Notes: generated from the letters alone by a model not told the origin. A DNA stretch of 64,000 nucleotides from Chloropicon primus (GCA_023205875.1 CP060758.1:868001-932000); one strand, 5' to 3'; shown: positions 10,435-20,359, numbered from the stretch's first letter. Numbers and translations: made by a program.

Positions 10435-10805
10435 CTTGTCGAAGAACTTTGTGCACGGACGGGGACGGCGAAGGGGAGGAGGTGTTGAGCGAACGGAAGC
10501 GCGTCTCACGGGCTTTTGATCGATACCTCGGCTGAAGGTTTTGGCAAAAAAGAGTGGTCCCTCGCGCCCTTTGAGGTTCTCAGAGGATCTCAGAAGTTTG
10601 TTTGTGAGCTCGGTTCGTGAAGAGGAAGGGGAGGGACGTCTTCGAAGGAACTCGTGGAGCAGTGCAGTGTTGTGCGGTGCTTTATTTCATCATGAGGCGT
10701 CCCGCGAGACAGAGTCTCAGAAGAAGCACGAGGTCGACGGTGGCGATGATAACCCTGGCGACCTGCGCCGCCGCTGGTGACGACGAGGGAGGTTTGCCCC
10801 CAGGT
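10435..10805. repeat. Dispersed repeat copy A (upstream region plus first codons of the HARE-HTH gene); inverted copy at about 28700-29072
   Basis: Its reverse complement shares collinear blocks with 28700-29072, e.g. gggacgcctcatgatgaaataaagcac, cagccgaggtatcgatc, gcacaaagt and atcatcgcc.ccgtcgacct. Confidence 0.85.
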
Positions 10806-11804
10806 GTCACCGCCATGGACACGGACGAAGAGTCTTTGACAAGCTTCTTGACGGGCTCCACCACCATCATTGAAGAGGAGAGCGACAGTGAGGAGGATAG
10901 TGGTGGTGAGGGTTCGTCCTTCCAAGCACAGACAGGGCCAGAGAAGGTGACTATGATGGGAGGCAACGCACGTCCTATCCAGACTCGCAATGGAAAGAGA
11001 ACTCTTGTGGCTGCCATCTATCTCGTTCTTCAAGATGCGGGAGAGAGGTTGCGCGTCAAAGAGATTCTTGGTCTGATCCGGGCGAAGAAGTTGTATGTGT
11101 TCAAGCGGAAAGGTGGTTCTGTTTGTTCTGATCCGAAGAGAATGATGGACACTGTCCGTACTACTTGCTCAAAGAGCCCCTTCTTTGTTCGCAGTGCACG
11201 TGGAACATATGGCATTGCCAAGGAATACGCCAATACTCAAGATGCTCTGAGCACCTTGAATGATGCCATCTATCGTGTTCTTCAAGATGCGGGAGGAAGC
11301 TTGCAAGTCAAAGAGATCCTTGCCAAGATCCGGGCGAAGAAGCTACATGTGTTCAAGCGGAAGGATGGTTCTCTTTCTACTGATCCGAAGAGAATGAGGG
11401 AAACTGTCAGGTATTCTTGTAGACAGAGCCCCCTCTTTGTTCGCACTGCATACGGAAGATATGCCATTGCCAAGGAATCCTTGAAGGGGTCCAATACTCA
11501 AGATGCTGCCAAGCCCTCACCGCTTCGGGAGGCCATCTATCGCGTTCTTCAAGGTGCGGGAGGGAGCTTGCACTACAAAGAGATCCATGCCAAGATCCAA
11601 GCCAAGAAGTTATATGTGTTCAGGCGTCTGAATGGTTCTGTTTCTACTGATCTGAAGAAAATGTGGTCCAGTGTCAGGTCTGCTTGTAGACACAGCCCCT
11701 TCTTTGTTCGCACTGAACCGGGAACATACGCCATTGCCAAGGAATACTTGAATGGGTCCACCAAGGCGGTCCCTTCCATTTTCAAGGTCAAGCAGGAAGA
11801 GTGA
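10692..11804 (+). CDS. Protein with three tandem HARE-HTH-like winged-helix domains and an acidic N-terminal patch
   Basis: Three repeats of AIYxVLQxAGxxLxxKEIxxxIxAKKL...S(P)xFVRxxxGxYxI, matching the HB1/ASXL/restriction-endonuclease HTH consensus. Start could be 10692, 10746 or 10815. Confidence 0.7.
   Translation: MRRPARQSLRRSTRSTVAMITLATCAAAGDDEGGLPPGVTAMDTDEESLTSFLTGSTTIIEEESDSEEDSGGEGSSFQAQTGPEKVTMMGGNARPIQTRNGKRTLVAAIYLVLQDAGERLRVKEILGLIRAKKLYVFKRKGGSVCSDPKRMMDTVRTTCSKSPFFVRSARGTYGIAKEYANTQDALSTLNDAIYRVLQDAGGSLQVKEILAKIRAKKLHVFKRKDGSLSTDPKRMRETVRYSCRQSPLFVRTAYGRYAIAKESLKGSNTQDAAKPSPLREAIYRVLQGAGGSLHYKEIHAKIQAKKLYVFRRLNGSVSTDLKKMWSSVRSACRHSPFFVRTEPGTYAIAKEYLNGSTKAVPSIFKVKQEE
11013..11762 (+). 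repeat. Three in-frame diverged tandem repeats, with unit starts 252 and 267 bp apart
   Basis: gccatctat...gttcttcaag.tgcggga recurs at 11013, 11265 and 11532. Confidence 0.9.
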
Positions 11805-12110
11805 GGTCGGCGCTAGACCACAATCCGGCGCTAGGCAGGCCCGCGTGCTCCGCCGCAGAGGCTCCCGGATGAGTGGCGGATCTGGAGTGGGGGACGGCGC
11901 GCGCGCGAAGGCCCACGCGGCGACCGCGGCGGCCTTGAAGAGGCGCATGACCCTGATCTTGCGCAGGCGCGTGGCGAGGATCTGCTCGACGACCTCCTGC
12001 CTCCTCCTGCAGGGGAGGGGACGGAGGTGAGAAGGTGGCTCACTCGCAATTCAGATGATCTATGGATACAAACAAACAAAATTTTACAGTTATGGGTGGC
12101 ATTATAAAGT

Positions 12111-14891
12111 TCAAACAAAGACTGGGTTCATCACTCGCTGGGTGTCGCTGTTAGGCGTGTACTTCAAGGACGTGCGGTGCTCCAGGGCGTTGGGATCAGC
12201 CCCGTTCTTGTAGTGCGCCGGGAACGAAGGAGCGAGAGTTATTCTGCTGGGGATTCCGTAGGGAAGGTGGGGAGCTTTCTTCGCCCTTCGCTTGTTCATG
12301 ATCACCACTGCTATGATGCCCAGCAACAAAAGCCCGGCGACGGCGGCACCCGCCAGCATGATAATCTGCTTGTCGATCGAATCTTTTCCGGACCCCGCCT
12401 CCTTGATATTCCTCGAGGAGGCGTACAGGACGTCCAAATTGACAGCATTGCTCCTCCTGTACTGGCCCTCCTCTCCCACAATGGAAGAGGTGTCCATGAC
12501 GGTGAGATCGCCCAAATCCGAGTATCTCCAAGCGCTCAGAACATTGTTCACCTCAGCCGAAGTGATTTCCAAGGTGAACTGATCGTTGCCATCGCTGCTT
12601 CCTCCCAGCTGGGAGGACATGTCCAAATTCTCCGCAGTGAGTTGAATGTCTGCAGTGTAATCGAAGTCGTCAGCCTGGACGAAAGTCCCAAACTCTTTTC
12701 CTTGCAGGTTGTTCGCTTGCACAATGAATCCGACGTCCCCCCCCTTGTTCATGGCGGCCATGGTGCTGGCATCCACGACGGAGGAGAAAGTCATCACCGC
12801 GGAATCTGTGGCCTGAAGCAGGGCCCTCCTTCGTCTGGCCTGAGTGACTTCCTCGATGGAAAGGGTCGAGTCCGGGACTTTCATGACGTGGGCAAAAACT
12901 GACTTGATGATGTTCCTCAACTGCTGGTTGCCGCTGATCTCGGCGTAGCTGTAGTAGGAGTCCTCATTCTTCTTGGCGTTAACTTTCCAAGTGCTCTTGC
13001 ACTCGTAAAGGATGGACTGAAGGAACACCTTCGATTTTGGAATGTTTGCCTTCTCGGCGACGATCTCGATCAACGCCTTGAGCGCCTTCTCCACGAGGCC
13101 CTCCTTTCCGGGCAGTTTCAGCTTCATTCCGTACACGACCGATGCTCTCTCCAAGTACGAGTTTGGCTTCAGCGGGATAGGCACGTCGTACTTTTGCCCC
13201 CCCCTGAAGAGCAAACCAATCGAATCCATGACCAGACTGAGTATGTCATCGAACTTCATGCCTTTTGCGTTGACCACGAGGTCGAGCAGCACGCTGAAGC
13301 ACGGAAGGGGTTTTGTTGGGAACCCAACGACGCACTTGACGAGCGCCTGGGGGCGATTGTAGTTGCTTTTGAAGAAGACTTCGAAGACGGCCTTGAGGTA
13401 GTCAACCAAGTTCGTTGGTTTCTCATCCTGGGCCGCGGTGTACTCGTCAAAGGTCTGCTGCAATGTGGTGGCCTCGTCTGGGTACATATTTCCGTCGGAG
13501 AACATCACGTGCCTCGCTCCAAAAATTTCCGCGAAGATGCTGAGCTTCGACCAGAGCTTGAGGTCGCCGTAATCCCCATCCTTCACCTTGGCAATCAGAT
13601 TCTCCACCTTCTGTCCCAAGTCCTCGTCCAAGTCCTCGATGAGGTCCACAATGGTCGAGTTCGGGTCCTTGAGGTCCGTGATGAGGTCACTCAGCACCTC
13701 CTGAAGGATCCCGTCGAAACTCAAGCCCCTCTCTCTCACGAGGTCAAAGATGTATTCCACGATGGACATGGCGCCCTGGAAGTTCAAGTTTTGCAGGTTG
13801 ATGTCAATCGACTCGATTTTTTCCACCAGATTCTTCACCATCTCGTCCAGATCCACGTCGAGCATCGTCGAATCCTTGATCTTTTGCACTGCCGTCTTGA
13901 CGACGTCGCGTACCCCAAGCCCAACGTCCTCGCCAAAGTCTTCGATGGAATCCAACGCGTCTTCGATGAAGTCTCCAACGCTCTCCAGGGCATCACCAAC
14001 GTCACCAAAAATATCAGAAAACTTGTCAAAGCTGTTCTCAATCTCAGCCTTGATGGCCTGGGTGAAGTACTTCCTCCTCTTTCCAAACCGCGTCTTTCTC
14101 ACGATATCGTTCACAGCCTCTTTGACCTCGTCGAAGTTCATCTGGTGAGCGATTTCCTTGAGGTTGAACTTGCCTATCGTTCCATTGACGATCTCCTCGA
14201 GGATGTCAAGGTCCCAGTCCTGGCCAAGCTCAGCGATGTTGTCCATGTAGTTCATGAAGACGCTGGACCTGGTCGAGTTCACCAAACCGTCGAGCAAAGA
14301 GTTCACCAAGTCTGGAATCTCGAAGTCAACCTGAACGGCCTCGTCCAGGATGTCCTCGAGAGCGTTACCAATCTTGTCCAAGAAAGTCGAAGACTGGATT
14401 TGGCTGCCTATTTGTTGAAGCTTATCAGTGACAGCTTGTACGAGGCTCCCTTGAAGAAAATCTTGCCAGGCTGACGTGACCTTTTCTTTTATGTTTTCAA
14501 AAACATCCGAGAGCCACTCAAACACGTTGCCGTTGAGCTGCCGCGTACTTTGTCGAGACACCTCGTCTCGGGCTTCTTGAGCCCTCAGCGCGCTCTCCTG
14601 CCTGTACCTCCTCCTCGCTTGCATTCTATCCATTATTCCTTCGCTTTGGGTTGGAACTGCGTCATCTTGCACGACTTTAAGCCTCGGGACTTTGCCCTGC
14701 TTGATGAGATCCCAAGGAAGGACCCTCTTCTTCTCGACAGGAAACAAGTCCCTTCCGTTCACGGCCTTCCTCCCTTCACTCAAGAGTACAGGCTGGCACT
14801 GCACATCCTTGCACGAGAATGACACGAGGAAAAAAGCGGCAACGACGGTGAAGAGGAACACCGCACGGCTCCTTGGGCCAAAAGGCGGCAT
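12111..14891 (-). CDS. Hypothetical type I membrane / cell-surface protein (926 aa)
   Basis: N-terminal signal peptide, long amphipathic acidic helical region, RRRRALLQ processing-like motif, a single C-terminal TM (IIMLAGAAVAGLLLLGIIAVVIM) and a KRR stop-transfer. Confidence 0.8.
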   Translation of the reverse strand: MPPFGPRSRAVFLFTVVAAFFLVSFSCKDVQCQPVLLSEGRKAVNGRDLFPVEKKRVLPWDLIKQGKVPRLKVVQDDAVPTQSEGIMDRMQARRRYRQESALRAQEARDEVSRQSTRQLNGNVFEWLSDVFENIKEKVTSAWQDFLQGSLVQAVTDKLQQIGSQIQSSTFLDKIGNALEDILDEAVQVDFEIPDLVNSLLDGLVNSTRSSVFMNYMDNIAELGQDWDLDILEEIVNGTIGKFNLKEIAHQMNFDEVKEAVNDIVRKTRFGKRRKYFTQAIKAEIENSFDKFSDIFGDVGDALESVGDFIEDALDSIEDFGEDVGLGVRDVVKTAVQKIKDSTMLDVDLDEMVKNLVEKIESIDINLQNLNFQGAMSIVEYIFDLVRERGLSFDGILQEVLSDLITDLKDPNSTIVDLIEDLDEDLGQKVENLIAKVKDGDYGDLKLWSKLSIFAEIFGARHVMFSDGNMYPDEATTLQQTFDEYTAAQDEKPTNLVDYLKAVFEVFFKSNYNRPQALVKCVVGFPTKPLPCFSVLLDLVVNAKGMKFDDILSLVMDSIGLLFRGGQKYDVPIPLKPNSYLERASVVYGMKLKLPGKEGLVEKALKALIEIVAEKANIPKSKVFLQSILYECKSTWKVNAKKNEDSYYSYAEISGNQQLRNIIKSVFAHVMKVPDSTLSIEEVTQARRRRALLQATDSAVMTFSSVVDASTMAAMNKGGDVGFIVQANNLQGKEFGTFVQADDFDYTADIQLTAENLDMSSQLGGSSDGNDQFTLEITSAEVNNVLSAWRYSDLGDLTVMDTSSIVGEEGQYRRSNAVNLDVLYASSRNIKEAGSGKDSIDKQIIMLAGAAVAGLLLLGIIAVVIMNKRRAKKAPHLPYGIPSRITLAPSFPAHYKNGADPNALEHRTSLKYTPNSDTQRVMNPVFV

Positions 14892-15144
14892 CTTTGTTCG
14901 TTTGCAGGCCTCCGACTTCTTCGCACCTGCACCTCAAACGAGGACAAGCGTGAGCTTCAGCTCTTGTCTCGTCCGGAGCCCAACGGAACTTGTCTTGTCT
15001 TCCTCTTTCTCTTTTCGAGATTAATCTGCAGAGAGAGGAGGATCGCGATACTATGAAGAGAAAAGGATGAAAGATTTAGAAAGACGAAAAAATCATGAAT
15101 GGCAAGTTACAATTATTGATTGCACAACAAAAACAATTAACGCT

Positions 15145-18100
15145 TCACCAAGTGAGCTTCAAGTGAAGCTGGGAGCTGGAGCCCTTGACAGCGGACTTTT
15201 TGTTCTTGTAGTTTGCAACGTCGATGGGCTTGCTCGACAAAGGTATCCGGAGGATGTTTCCTGTGGCCGCGAAATGGCCGGAAGCGATCACGTCCGCCAT
15301 GGCTTTGAGGTCCAGGACTCCCCACGCCTTTCCCACAAAAGATCTCTTCTTCTCCTTCTTGACCTCGAAGGAGAACTTCGCGTCGCTCTGCAGCAGAGTC
15401 TCAAAGGAGTGCTCGTACGCCAGAGCTCTGTCGATCCTCGTGAAGGCCTCCTTCCTGCTGCTGGATCCCAATCCAATTTCAACCATGTTGTTCTGCTCCA
15501 GGGAGTTGCCCGCCGGTCCAAGGACTTTGATCTGCAGGAAGACTCGGGATGCGACTTTGGAAACGTCCGACGAGAGCTGCTCCAAGTAAAGAGACACTGG
15601 CCCCGAGGCGGAGGTGCCGGGCACGTTCTGGGGCGGCGCCTGGGCTGGTCCTGAGCCACCAGCGGAGTCGCCGAAGAGGTAATTCGCCGCGGTGTCCACG
15701 TCATTTCCAGCGGCAGCCAGAGCGCTCTTTGCAGCTGCTTCGTCAAACCCGAGTTCGACCAACTGCCGCAACTTGGGGTCCCCAATGCTGGCGCTGCTCG
15801 TCCCGCCCACAGCCTGAGCCGCGGAGGGGGACGAGCCAGGAGGCGTGCCCAAGATTTCAGTTGCCCCCTTGCCGAGAATGAAAGCGATGTCTTCCTTGCT
15901 GATGCTCTCGGGCAGATCACTGCCTTTCACGGCAGCCGTCATGAAGTACATGAACAAGAAAAATTGCTTCTCGGAGACCTGCCCATTGGTGGGGGGGTCA
16001 GTGAGCCGCCAGATGGTAGAGAACGTCGCTTCAGGCAGCGAAGTCAGGGTGTAGTACTTGTGCAAATCCTCCTTGGTCACCGCAGACTCTTTGCTGCCGG
16101 CCAACTTTTTGAATGCCTGCTTGCACTTGTTGATTTCGATCTCTGACAGGCTCCTCAATTTCATGCTGCTTGGGCTCACTGGCGTTTGGGGGCTCGCATG
16201 TGGTGCCTGGGACACGGCGGGCTCCTCGCTGGTTTGCTGTTGTGACTGGAATGGGTCCTCGCCCCAGGCAGCATTGGAGTCAAACTCGGCTCCTGAACTC
16301 GGGATCGAACTGGGCCCTCCCTGCAAACCTGGATCAGCCATCGCGAAGAGGTTTGGCGACGGCTGCTGCTGCGCTTGACTCTGGCCTGCCTGCTGGGTCA
16401 CTTGGCTTGCACTTGGCATCCCAAAGAAATCGACTGATTCCAGGGCCTGTCCAGAGGCAGTGTTCTGGGTGGAAGGCAGCACGTCAGGGTTGTCGAATGA
16501 AGTCGCTGATGGCACTGGAACAGGAGCAGGAAGGTCGTTCCAAAATTGCGGTGGGCTGTTACCAAACTGAGCCCACGATGACGGCTCCGAGGGTTCTGCC
16601 ACTGGGGGTCCTGCCACAAAGGCCGGGGCCGGTTGTTGCGGAGCTGCACCTGATCCCTCGGCCGTCGCAGAAGGCTGGCCCCAAGAGAGGAGGTCTGCAT
16701 CGAAAGAGCTTTGACCTAGTGCACTGGAAGCAACTTCTGGATTCTGAGGTTGAGAAGGAGGTGCCGCAACACTGCTGAAGTCAACCCAAGAGTTGGAATC
16801 GAATGCAGATCCAGAATTTTCAGCACCCTTGGCTGTGTTTGGCGCTGCAGCTTGCGTTGGTTGTATTTCCAACGGCTCGAACAAATCCATGTCTTGCCAT
16901 TGTTGCTGACCAGTAGGTGCTGGAGCAAATAGATCATCTGACAGAGCCGTTGACTGCTCCACAGGCTGGCTCGCCATGCCAAACAAGTCCGTGGAGCCAA
17001 AGTTGTCGTCGAACTTCATATCAGCAGCAGCAGCAGGAGCAGCAGGAGCAGCAGGCATCTCGACCTCGGTCTGTTCCGTGGTCTTACTGCTGGTGTCTGC
17101 TTCCACAGGCTGGCTCGGCATGCCAAACAAGTCCGTGGAGCCAAAGTTGTCGTCGAACTTCATATCAGCAGCAGCAGCAGGAGCAGCAGGAGCAGCAGGC
17201 ATTTCGACCTCGGTCTGTTCCGTGGTCTTACTGCTGGTGTCTGCTTCCACAGGCTGGCTCGGCATGCCAAACAAGTCCGTGGAGCCAAAGTTGTCGTCGA
17301 ACTTCATATCAGCAGCAGCAGCAGGAGCAGCAGGAGCAGCAGGCATCTCGACCTCGGTCTGTTCCGTGGTCTTACTGCTGGTGTCTGCTTCCACAGGCTG
17401 GCTCGGCATGCCAAACAAGTCCGTGGAGCCAAAGTTGTCGTCGAACTTCATATCAGCAGCAGCAGCAGGAGCAGCAGGAGCAGCAGGCATTTCGACCTCG
17501 GTCTGTTCCGTGGTCTTACTGCTGGTGTCTGCTTCCACAGGACTCTCAGACGCTTGAGGTGGTTCCACAGGTTGACTCGGCATACCACATGAGTCCGTGG
17601 AGCCAGAGTTGTCGTCGAGCTTCACGTCAACAGCAGGAGTTTCCTGGGCTTCGGACAAGGCCTGCTGGTCTCTGTCGTCCTCGACGCCTTCCTTTTCAGT
17701 AGTGTCCCCTTCTGGTGTGATGTCGTCAACTTCGGAGCTCGAAGGGATTTCCCGGGCGCTCTTGCTGCGGGAAATCTCCGGAGAGACCGAAGGAACTGGA
17801 GCAGGTGCGGGATCCAACTCCACCTGGGCGTCCGCCTTACCAACAGGCTCTTTTCCATCACCATCGTCCTTCGCAACCTCCTCTTTGTCTTCCTGCTGTG
17901 CCTTCAACGCCTTGGCGGCCATCCTTTTCTGCTTCTTCTTTAACTTCTTCTTCTGCGCCCTCGTGAGAGACTGCCCCGAAGTCACCGCTTCCTCCTTTGG
18001 GGCTTCCACAGGCTTTGCAGCCGGCGGCCTGGAGGAATCGGCGTCAGGCTTTCCCTTGGGACCGCTGCTGCCAGCAGCCGGCTCGGTAGGGTCAGCTGGC

Positions 18101-18705
18101 CTCGGGGCCTCCAGGTCTTCGCGCTCCGATTGTGGTGGGGCTGGGGAACTTTGGTGCTCCACTTTCTCAAAGCACTCGCCCTTCTCCTTCTTGACCAAGT
18201 TGGCCAGGTCTATGGAGTTCCTCAGGTCGTTGACGAGTCTCTTTGCCTTGCCGAAAGCTACCTCCAGCCGGGCATTGCTCTCAGACGCCTCCGTTATGTC
18301 ATCCTCAATCCTTCTGCTCTGCGACTCAAGCCTCTTCCTCTCCTCCTCTAAATTCCCCAATTGCTTGCCCAGCTCACTCCTCTCGTCCCGTTCCCTGTCG
18401 AGTCTCAACTTCAGAAAGTCGACCTCCACCTGCAGCACGGACACGAGCTTCTCAGTGGCCTCGATCGAATTCTGCCCCACGCGCCCACTGACGGCATCGG
18501 AGAAGTGTTTCCTTCCTTCCACGCACGTAGCCATCATCTGCTTCAACTCGGAGACCAAGGACTCCGCCCTCGCCTTCTGCTTTGGGCCCGTCTCCCCTTC
18601 TCTCTTTGATACAGTGCTGCCAAAGACGTCGTCCACCGCTCCCGCCAGCTCCCTCTTCAGGTCATCGGCAACGCGCCTGAGCGCCCTCGAGACCTCTGTG
18701 TCCAT
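15145..18705 (-). CDS. Coiled-coil / EH / UBA / C2-Aida multidomain protein, probable endocytic adaptor
   Basis: EH: TSLPEATFSTIWRLTD...QFFLFMY. UBA: LRQLVELGFDEAAAKSALAAAGNDVDTAANYL. C-terminal FEVKKEKKR...LSSKPIDV...LHLKLTW resembles the Aida C2 domain. FxDxF, DPF and WxxF motifs lie in the linker. First ATG at 18705. Confidence 0.8.
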   Translation of the reverse strand: MDTEVSRALRRVADDLKRELAGAVDDVFGSTVSKREGETGPKQKARAESLVSELKQMMATCVEGRKHFSDAVSGRVGQNSIEATEKLVSVLQVEVDFLKLRLDRERDERSELGKQLGNLEEERKRLESQSRRIEDDITEASESNARLEVAFGKAKRLVNDLRNSIDLANLVKKEKGECFEKVEHQSSPAPPQSEREDLEAPRPADPTEPAAGSSGPKGKPDADSSRPPAAKPVEAPKEEAVTSGQSLTRAQKKKLKKKQKRMAAKALKAQQEDKEEVAKDDGDGKEPVGKADAQVELDPAPAPVPSVSPEISRSKSAREIPSSSEVDDITPEGDTTEKEGVEDDRDQQALSEAQETPAVDVKLDDNSGSTDSCGMPSQPVEPPQASESPVEADTSSKTTEQTEVEMPAAPAAPAAAADMKFDDNFGSTDLFGMPSQPVEADTSSKTTEQTEVEMPAAPAAPAAAADMKFDDNFGSTDLFGMPSQPVEADTSSKTTEQTEVEMPAAPAAPAAAADMKFDDNFGSTDLFGMPSQPVEADTSSKTTEQTEVEMPAAPAAPAAAADMKFDDNFGSTDLFGMASQPVEQSTALSDDLFAPAPTGQQQWQDMDLFEPLEIQPTQAAAPNTAKGAENSGSAFDSNSWVDFSSVAAPPSQPQNPEVASSALGQSSFDADLLSWGQPSATAEGSGAAPQQPAPAFVAGPPVAEPSEPSSWAQFGNSPPQFWNDLPAPVPVPSATSFDNPDVLPSTQNTASGQALESVDFFGMPSASQVTQQAGQSQAQQQPSPNLFAMADPGLQGGPSSIPSSGAEFDSNAAWGEDPFQSQQQTSEEPAVSQAPHASPQTPVSPSSMKLRSLSEIEINKCKQAFKKLAGSKESAVTKEDLHKYYTLTSLPEATFSTIWRLTDPPTNGQVSEKQFFLFMYFMTAAVKGSDLPESISKEDIAFILGKGATEILGTPPGSSPSAAQAVGGTSSASIGDPKLRQLVELGFDEAAAKSALAAAGNDVDTAANYLFGDSAGGSGPAQAPPQNVPGTSASGPVSLYLEQLSSDVSKVASRVFLQIKVLGPAGNSLEQNNMVEIGLGSSSRKEAFTRIDRALAYEHSFETLLQSDAKFSFEVKKEKKRSFVGKAWGVLDLKAMADVIASGHFAATGNILRIPLSSKPIDVANYKNKKSAVKGSSSQLHLKLTW
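16958..17541. repeat. Coding tandem repeat, 4 x 144 bp (48 aa), plus a degenerate partial copy at about 17563-17640
   Basis: tccacagg recurs at 16958, 17102, 17246, 17390 and 17534; units are nearly identical. Confidence 0.97.
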
Positions 18706-19251
18706 CTTTTCCAACACCACCAATCCCAAGTCAGATCTTGGTTGGCTCTAATGATGGCAAGCTGTCCCTTCCTGGTTTCTTGGGTACCTGGTTTCTCGCC
18801 GAGCTCCAGCGAGCTAAACGCAGAGTCACAAGAATCCAAGCGATGCGATGGTCGAAACCAAGGATTCCCCCGAGTATTGTCCGACTCAAACCAGCGTCCA
18901 CTATCGAGCAAGGGACAGGACCAGGACCAGGACCTCGGCTCTCTCTCAACCCTAGGAGGTGCCAAGGTCCCAAGGACAATTTTATCGATAGACGCCTCCC
19001 AACGAATCCTCCCCTCCCCCCTCCTGAGAGAGAGAGATCGCGCTGCCTAAGGCTTTGGCTTTACTCTCTTTACGACGACCGCTGCGGCCCGAGAGGCCTA
19101 GGAGGTGGGTGAGGGCGTCGTGCCTGCGTTCGTTCGTTCGTTCGTTTTCGTGTGTGTCTCGACTCTGACGTGGAGCGGTTCGACGTTTCTTTCTTTGTTC
19201 GAAAGAGGGAGGTTGGTTTTGTGATTTAGAGTTTGAAGAGAAGAGGGAAGG

Positions 19252-20106
19252 ATGCACGAGTGGGAGAACGTGATGGAGGTGCTGGCGGAGAACTGGCACC
19301 TCATCGGGATAACCTTAGGAATGATGGCTTTCGTGTCGTACCTCATGCAAATGTACTCCGTGGTGAGAAGTTTGCCTGCAGCGATATCGAAGGCGGAGTT
19401 CACAGCGTTTCCTTTGATCCACATGGAGGATGTAAGCCACAACACGAAGCTCTTCCGCTTCGGACTGAAGCACCCCGGGCAATCGCTTGAGCTCCCGATA
19501 GGAAAGCACATCAGCGTCATGGGCTACGACGAGAACAACGAGGAGGTGAGGAGGCCTTACACACCGACGACTCTTGCGGATACCCGGGGCCACTTCGACT
19601 TGGTGGTGAAGATCTACCCGCAGGGCAAAATGTCCCAGATCTTCAACAGGTTGACGATCGGCAAGACCCTCCTTTTCAGGGGTCCCATGGGCCGTTTCAA
19701 GTACCAGCCGAACATGAAGTCTTTCTTCGGCATGGTAGCCGGAGGGACTGGGATCACCCCCATGTTTCAAGTGATCAAGGCGATCCTGGAGAACCCCAAG
19801 GACAAGACCAAGCTCTCGCTCATTTTCGGGAACATCACCGAGGACGACATCTTGCTCAAGGAGGAGCTGGACACCTTCCAGAAGTCGCACCCGGACCGCC
19901 TGGAGATCTTCTACATCTTGGACAAGCCTCCACGAGGGTGGACAGGGGGCAAGGGATACGTCACTCCCCAGATGATCACCGAGCGCTTTGGTTCTCCAAG
20001 CGACTCTCGCATGGTCTTGAGCTGCGGTCCACCGCCGATGAAGAAGTCTGTCAAGGCCCACCTCGAGGCCCTCGGATTCAGCGACGACATGCTCTTTGAG
20101 TTTTGA
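19252..20106 (+). CDS. CBR1: NADH-cytochrome b5 reductase
   Basis: N-terminal membrane anchor, RPYTP (FAD-binding), KIYPQGKMS, MVAGGTGITPM and CGPPPM...F C-terminus. Confidence 0.95.
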   Translation: MHEWENVMEVLAENWHLIGITLGMMAFVSYLMQMYSVVRSLPAAISKAEFTAFPLIHMEDVSHNTKLFRFGLKHPGQSLELPIGKHISVMGYDENNEEVRRPYTPTTLADTRGHFDLVVKIYPQGKMSQIFNRLTIGKTLLFRGPMGRFKYQPNMKSFFGMVAGGTGITPMFQVIKAILENPKDKTKLSLIFGNITEDDILLKEELDTFQKSHPDRLEIFYILDKPPRGWTGGKGYVTPQMITERFGSPSDSRMVLSCGPPPMKKSVKAHLEALGFSDDMLFEF

Positions 20107-20359
20107 TGCGCGACAGGAACAGGCACAACAACGTCGTCTCTCTGCGGAGGTGCGAAGGGAGAGAGAGAGAGAGACAGAGAGAGACAGAGAGAGACAGAGA
20201 GACAGAGAATAAAGGGTGGAAGGTTCCGTCTAAAACGAATCCCGGGGGGAGGAATGCCAACAACTAAACAAAATATTTAAAGATCTCACTTGCCTTGTCT
20301 AAATCTCCCCCCGCCCGCGCTAATGATGCCGCCGCTTTCGGATTGAAACGTCGTCTCGC

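Noticed and set aside
16958..17541. Regular repeats as a possible CRISPR array
   Set aside because: Units are contiguous and identical with no unique spacers, are in frame within a eukaryotic CDS, and no cas genes are present.
20159..20210. (GA)n, (CA)n, (GT)n and (GAC)n microsatellites in UTRs and introns throughout the window
   Set aside because: Ubiquitous simple repeats with no specific signal.
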